Part shown: positions 59,181 to 64,000 of the stretch, piece after piece
Position numbering within the stretch: the stretch's first letter is position 1
Layout of the letters: each line of letters opens with the position of its first letter
Translations under genes and position numbers: made by a program
Notes under the pieces: generated by a model
Database searches by the model: none
What the model was told of the DNA's origin: nothing
Seen by the model: the letters and a program-made list of their open reading frames with translations, nothing else
Assembly: GCA_965243505.1 (NCBI GenBank)
Contig: CBDEVA010000007.1
Coordinates: 206,188 to 270,187 of the forward strand
Source of the DNA: Bacteriovoracaceae bacterium
Lineage (GTDB): Bacteria > Bdellovibrionota > Bacteriovoracia > Bacteriovoracales > Bacteriovoracaceae
Reading direction: 5' to 3'
DNA length: 64,000 bases

Positions 59181-60570
59181 GATACTTATAAGTTTCTAAA
59201 GAAACATTTTTAGATTTTATATAAGAAAAATATTTATCCTCTATTAATTTCTTTGCAAGATTTAAATCTACTTGTTCTTCATTATCTATACTAGATATTA
59301 ATTCATTTAGAATATCATTTTGTATTTTTCCCGCTTCATAAGCAATAGAGTATGGTATTAATGTATAAGCAACCATAGCATAACGAGATCGATAGATATT
59401 AGAAAAATTTCTCTCAATAATAGATTCGACTCTTTTTTTAAGAATAAATTTCTTATCTCCTACTGATTCACTCATTTCTATAAAGTTTTCCAATGACATT
59501 TTAGCAATAGCATCAGTATTTAATTTTCTAATTTTATTAAATTGTTCAAAAACTTCTTCCCAGTTATAATTGCTTTTATCCAAAATATCTAAAAGAGAAA
59601 CACAATCTTCAAACCCACAATTCATCCCTTGTCCAAAAAATGGAACTATAGCATGAGCAGAATCTCCCATTAAAAGAACATCTCCCTTATAATTCCAAGG
59701 GTTACAATTTATTGTCCCCATAGTTCCCTTAGGGTTTTCTAAAAAATTACATTTATAATTTGGCATTAAAAGGGTAGTATCCTTAAAATCTTTATTAAAC
59801 ATAAATTCTACATCTTCTTGTTTTTTTAATTTTTCAAAAGAATAGTAGTTATCCGATTCATTTGGTAGATATATAGTCATAGTAAAGCTACCATCTAAAT
59901 TAGGCAGTGCCATTAACATATGTGTGCCCCTTGGCCAGATATGAATAGCATTTTTCTCTATAGGATAATCTCCATTTATATCTGCTGGCATGAGAATTTC
60001 TTTATACGAATGACTAAGTAAATTTATATTATTTTTATCATCACAATTAAAATATTTCATTAAAGATTTGCGGATAGGAGAACTCACTCCATCACAACCA
60101 ATGAGCTTATCAAAAGCAATCTCTTTTGTGCCTTCAACAATAGCTTTTTTATTATCTAAATCTACAGAAGTAATTTCATGGTTAAAATAAAACTCAACTC
60201 CTGCATTTTCAGCATGATCAATAAGTATTTGATTTAATTTTTTTCTAGATACAGAAAAGTTATATTCATTTTTATCTTTTCCATAAGGTTGATATGTTAG
60301 ATTTCCCTCTTTTGAATGAATTACTCTTCCATAAACGGCAACAGTAGATTTAATTATATCTTTTGCAATTTTAGCTCTATCTAATGCATTCACTGCCCTA
60401 GACATCATCGCCAAATTAATTGATCTTCCCGAATCTTTAGATGCTTTTCTAATATCTGATAGTTTTTCATAAATAGATACCCTAAATCCCTTTTTCTTCA
60501 ATAATAATCCTAGAAGAGATCCTACTAATCCTGCTCCACTTATAGTTATATGTTGATTTTTTTTATTCAT
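59173..60570 (-). CDS. kmo: kynurenine 3-monooxygenase
   Basis: FAD fold ITISGAGLVGS and LMGDSAHAIVPFFGQGMNCGFEDC. Confidence 0.85.
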   Translation of the reverse strand: MNKKNQHITISGAGLVGSLLGLLLKKKGFRVSIYEKLSDIRKASKDSGRSINLAMMSRAVNALDRAKIAKDIIKSTVAVYGRVIHSKEGNLTYQPYGKDKNEYNFSVSRKKLNQILIDHAENAGVEFYFNHEITSVDLDNKKAIVEGTKEIAFDKLIGCDGVSSPIRKSLMKYFNCDDKNNINLLSHSYKEILMPADINGDYPIEKNAIHIWPRGTHMLMALPNLDGSFTMTIYLPNESDNYYSFEKLKKQEDVEFMFNKDFKDTTLLMPNYKCNFLENPKGTMGTINCNPWNYKGDVLLMGDSAHAIVPFFGQGMNCGFEDCVSLLDILDKSNYNWEEVFEQFNKIRKLNTDAIAKMSLENFIEMSESVGDKKFILKKRVESIIERNFSNIYRSRYAMVAYTLIPYSIAYEAGKIQNDILNELISSIDNEEQVDLNLAKKLIEDKYFSYIKSKNVSLETYKYPI

Positions 60571-61837
60571 CTAATGCTGATTTAATAATTTCTACAAAAT
60601 TAAAAACATCTTTATAAGAATTATATAATGCAATAGGGGTAACTCTTAAAATATCATAAGGAGTTTTTCTCAAGTCAACAATAATCTTATTTTCATTTAA
60701 TCTCTTTAATACCTTTTCTGCTAAGACATTAACCTTTATTGAAAGCATACTACCTCTTCTTTTGGGAGTTATGATATCGTAAAAATCTTTGCAATTTTCA
60801 TTTAATAAAAATTCCAAATAAGAAGTTATTTTCTCTGACTTTTTTACTATTTCAGGCATAGTAGCTTCCTGAAAAATTTCCATTGAACCTCTTAAAGATG
60901 CCAATTGAAAAATAGGGGGATTACTCAATTGCCAAGCCTCTACAGTCTCAATGGGGTTAAAAGTTTGTTTCATTAAAAATCTTTCTTTTTTATTTGTTCC
61001 CCACCATCCTTGAAAACGAGAAATTTCTTTATTTAGGTGATTTTGATGAATAAATGCTCCACCAATTCCTCCTGGGCCTGAATTTAAATATTTATAAGTA
61101 CACCAAACGGCAAAATCGACATTCCAATCATGAAGTTTTGTATAAACATTACCAGCACCATGAGCTAAATCAAAGCCAACAATTGCCCCATACTTATGTC
61201 CTCTTTTAACTATAGACTCTATATCAAAGTATTGACCTGTAAAATAATTAACATTTCCAAGTATAATCAATGCTAAACTCTCTCCTAGATCATCTATCTG
61301 CTGTAGAATATTCTCATCGTCAATTGTATCTTTGTTTAATTCTGGTTTTAATTCTATAATGGCATCTTTTGGATCAAATCCATGAAATCTAACTTGGGAC
61401 TCAAGTGCATATCTGTCAGAAGGAAAAATTGTATTTTCAATTAAAATCTTAAATTTATCTTTAGTAGGTTTATAAAAACTAACTAACATTAAATGAAGAT
61501 TAACCGTCAAAGAATTCATGGCCACAACTTCACTTTCTTTTGCACCTAAGATATGAGCAAAACCACTAGTAATGTGTTCATGATATGATATCCAATGAGG
61601 ATCAGCAATTGAATGACCTAATACTCCGCAAGTTGACCACATTTCTAATTCTTTATTAACAAGCTGTTTAGATCTTTTAGGCATTAATCCTAATGAATGC
61701 CCTGCAAAATAAGTACAAGATGTACTAGGCGGATCTCCTATAGTTGGAAAACAAAACTCTTTAGAAAAATTATGTAAAGGATCTTCTTTATCTAATCTTT
61801 TGGCGGCATCTAAACTATTATCAACTTTTTTATACAT
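60563..61837 (-). CDS. kynU: kynureninase
   Basis: YFAGHSLGLMP. PLP-fold class V pattern with CTYKYLNSGPGG. Confidence 0.9.
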   Translation of the reverse strand: MYKKVDNSLDAAKRLDKEDPLHNFSKEFCFPTIGDPPSTSCTYFAGHSLGLMPKRSKQLVNKELEMWSTCGVLGHSIADPHWISYHEHITSGFAHILGAKESEVVAMNSLTVNLHLMLVSFYKPTKDKFKILIENTIFPSDRYALESQVRFHGFDPKDAIIELKPELNKDTIDDENILQQIDDLGESLALIILGNVNYFTGQYFDIESIVKRGHKYGAIVGFDLAHGAGNVYTKLHDWNVDFAVWCTYKYLNSGPGGIGGAFIHQNHLNKEISRFQGWWGTNKKERFLMKQTFNPIETVEAWQLSNPPIFQLASLRGSMEIFQEATMPEIVKKSEKITSYLEFLLNENCKDFYDIITPKRRGSMLSIKVNVLAEKVLKRLNENKIIVDLRKTPYDILRVTPIALYNSYKDVFNFVEIIKSALDE

Positions 61838-61838
61838 A

Positions 61839-62618
61839 TTATTTCTCTACTTTTAATTCAATATCTTTCATATTATCTACTTTCAAGGATATTATCATAT
61901 CTTCTTTTAAATCAATTGCAGGTGTAGCTGCTCCTGCTAAAACGATAGTACCTTCTTCTATAAATTTATCTCTCTCTGAAAGTAATTTACAAAGCTCTAT
62001 AACTGAATTAACTGGATCACCTGATATAGCAGATGAATTTCCTTCTCTAGCTAGCTCCCCATTAACAAACATCTTCATGCTAAGATTATTTAAATTAATA
62101 TTGAAAAAATTTTCAAATCTTTCTCCTAAAACAAAAAAAGCAGAAGAAGAATTATCAGAAATTACATCTTCCATAGAAAAGTATTTAAACTGTTTGTATC
62201 TAGAATCTAAAATCTCCATACATGGATAAACATGAGAGCAAGCATTTAAAACTTGCTCTTTTGTAACTGGATACCTCAGTTTATCTTTTATAAAAAAAGC
62301 TATTTCTGGTTCTATTTTAGGGTGAATTGTTCCTTTTAAACTAAAACTTTTTTCTACTTTCATTTTATCAGTTAAAAATCCATATAGTGGGCTGTCTAAA
62401 CCCATTTGTTGACGCTTAGCTTCTGAAGTAAGCCCCATCTTTATTCCAATTACTTTTTCTCCATGACTCTTTCTAATATTTATTCCATGTTCCTGTATTA
62501 GATAGGCATCACTTCTTAAGAAATTACTAACTTTTGAACTAATCTGGTCTATGGGATTTGAATTTAATCTAGATTCTGTTAGTAAATTAGCAAAATTATC
62601 TATTTCACTTTGGTTCAT
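61839..62618 (-). CDS. 2-oxopent-4-enoate hydratase / 4-oxalocrotonate decarboxylase family (MhpD-like)
   Basis: GIKMGLTS and KIEPEIAFFI patterns typical of this FAH-fold subfamily. Confidence 0.6.
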   Translation of the reverse strand: MNQSEIDNFANLLTESRLNSNPIDQISSKVSNFLRSDAYLIQEHGINIRKSHGEKVIGIKMGLTSEAKRQQMGLDSPLYGFLTDKMKVEKSFSLKGTIHPKIEPEIAFFIKDKLRYPVTKEQVLNACSHVYPCMEILDSRYKQFKYFSMEDVISDNSSSAFFVLGERFENFFNINLNNLSMKMFVNGELAREGNSSAISGDPVNSVIELCKLLSERDKFIEEGTIVLAGAATPAIDLKEDMIISLKVDNMKDIELKVEK

Positions 62619-62662
62619 TGCTCATACCTATGGTATATGAAATATAAATATCTAGGAGCATT

Positions 62663-63298
62663 ATGACAAGCTTAGATAATGTAGAATACTTTGATATAAC
62701 ACCTACTATATGTGAAGATACAGCTGTATTTCCTGGAGATGTGGCCTTTAAAAGAAATATATCTCTATCATTTAAAAACAATGATAATATTCTTTTATCT
62801 AGCATAAGTTCAACTTTGCACATCGGAGCTCATGCTGACTCTACAAATCATTATCATAAAGATGGGCAGGGAATTGATAAGAGAAAATTACACTACTATA
62901 TGGGCAGTGTTCAAGTTATTGATATCAATATAAATAAGGGAAAAAGAATTAAAATATCAGATATTAAAAAAGATATCATTGCCCCTAGAGTACTATTTAA
63001 AACCAAGTCTTTTGAAGACCCAAATAAATGGAATAATGATTTTAATTCTCTATCTGAGGAATTAATAGAGTATCTGGCAGAAAAAAATGTAATATTAGTG
63101 GGAATTGATACTCCCTCAGTAGATCCTCATGATGACAAAGAACTGATAAGTCATAATTGTATTTACAAAAATAATATGGCCATTTTAGAGGGAATTGTAT
63201 TAGATGAAGTTAATGAAGGGGTATATCAATTAATAGCTCTGCCTCTTAAAATTAAAAATGCTGATGCTGGTCCAGTGCGAGCAATTTTAATAAAATAG
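62663..63298 (+). CDS. kynB: kynurenine formamidase (cyclase family)
   Basis: HIGAHADSTNHY (HxGxHxDxxxH) and GIDTPSVD motifs. Confidence 0.8.
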   Translation: MTSLDNVEYFDITPTICEDTAVFPGDVAFKRNISLSFKNNDNILLSSISSTLHIGAHADSTNHYHKDGQGIDKRKLHYYMGSVQVIDININKGKRIKISDIKKDIIAPRVLFKTKSFEDPNKWNNDFNSLSEELIEYLAEKNVILVGIDTPSVDPHDDKELISHNCIYKNNMAILEGIVLDEVNEGVYQLIALPLKIKNADAGPVRAILIK

Positions 63299-63300
63299 TT

Positions 63301-64000
63301 ATGATAAAAATAAAAAATTATATAAATGGAGAATTAATAGAACCTATATCAGGAAATTATCTTGATAATGTAAATCCTGCTACCGGAAAAATTTATTCCT
63401 ATGTTGCAGATTCAGATGCACAAGATGTAAAGCTTGCTATAAAGGCAGCCAGTGATGCCTTTACATCTTGGAGTACAACTTCAACAGAAGAAAGAAGTAA
63501 TATAATAAGAAAGATTGCAAACAAAATTAAAGAAAACTTTGACTATCTGGCTGAAGCTGAATGTATCGATAATGGTAAACCAATTTCTTTAACCAAAACT
63601 GTAGATATTCCCAGAGCATATAAAAATCTTGAATTTTTTGCCGATGGAATAACTCACTTTTCAAGTGATTGTTTTGTAACTGATGATAAAGCAATAAACT
63701 ATGTAACTAGAAAACCATTAGGTGTAGTGGTTACAATATCCCCATGGAATCTTCCTATCTACCTTTTAACATGGAAGATTGCTCCTGCTTTAATAACGGG
63801 AAATACTGTTATAGCAAAGCCATCAGAAGTTACTCCTATGACTGCTTATATATTAAGTGAACTTTGTATAGAAGCAGGACTCCCTAAAGGAGTTTTAAAT
63901 ATTATTCATGGAAAAGGAGAAAAACTAGGAGAAACCCTTTCAACATCCAAAGAAATAAAAGCTGTTTCCTTTACAGGTAGTACTAAAACGGGAAGGACAA
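63301..64000 (+). CDS. NAD-dependent aldehyde dehydrogenase, 5' part, runs off right edge (2-aminomuconate/2-hydroxymuconate semialdehyde dehydrogenase-like)
   Basis: Own translation MIKIKNYINGELIEPISG...NPATGK...ISPWNLP...AKPSEVTP...SFTGSTKTG, open to the window end. Confidence 0.8.
   Translation, partial: MIKIKNYINGELIEPISGNYLDNVNPATGKIYSYVADSDAQDVKLAIKAASDAFTSWSTTSTEERSNIIRKIANKIKENFDYLAEAECIDNGKPISLTKTVDIPRAYKNLEFFADGITHFSSDCFVTDDKAINYVTRKPLGVVVTISPWNLPIYLLTWKIAPALITGNTVIAKPSEVTPMTAYILSELCIEAGLPKGVLNIIHGKGEKLGETLSTSKEIKAVSFTGSTKTGRT

Noticed and set aside
1-64000. Search by eye for CRISPR arrays, rRNA genes, IS elements, integrases, recombinases and prophage structural genes.
   Set aside because: No intergenic region exceeds about 360 nt. 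No regularly spaced direct repeats were seen. No ORF shows tyrosine/serine recombinase or DDE transposase motifs.

Overview
Very AT-rich (about 70% A+T by eye, not computed) bacterial chromosomal segment from an aerobic, diderm organism. The lineage cannot be assigned from sequence alone; the gene content would fit a Bdellovibrionota/Oligoflexia-like bacterium, at low confidence.

Left part (1-37.7 kb) is mostly core:
- two secreted TPR-like genes, each split at a poly-T tract
- an outer-membrane beta-barrel protein
- an AddAB-type helicase-nuclease pair in which addA is broken by at least three frameshifts while addB is intact
- a membrane-anchored Fe-S oxidoreductase
- three orphan secreted proteins
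- hisS-valS, homogentisate-pathway genes, tig and truA
- pssA/psd-like/tsaB
- the conserved rseP-cdsA-uppS-frr-pyrH-tsf-rpsB block, then ftsK

Middle part (about 37.9-51.1 kb) is a ~13 kb accessory defence island between ftsK and tRNA-Ala(UGC). It contains:
- a toxin-first DUF4258/MqsA-like TA pair
- a DUF4268-like nuclease and an AAA ATPase
- an unknown small-protein plus membrane-protein module
- a spondin-like secreted protein
- a Dam plus MutH/Sau3AI-like R-M pair
- an unknown helical protein
- a retron (RT-TOPRIM fusion plus an msr-msd ncRNA locus with perfect 11-nt a1/a2 inverted repeats)
- a BglII-like R-M pair
- an orphan TIR-domain protein

I saw no integrase, transposase, CRISPR array or rRNA.

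Right part (51.3-64 kb) holds an aa3-type cytochrome c oxidase cluster with SCO, a dihaem cytochrome c and a ctaA-ctaB fusion. It is followed by a eukaryote-like kynurenine pathway cluster (kynA, KMO, kynU, kynB, an MhpD-like hydratase and a partial aldehyde dehydrogenase).

All functional calls rest on motifs read from the translations. No database search was possible.
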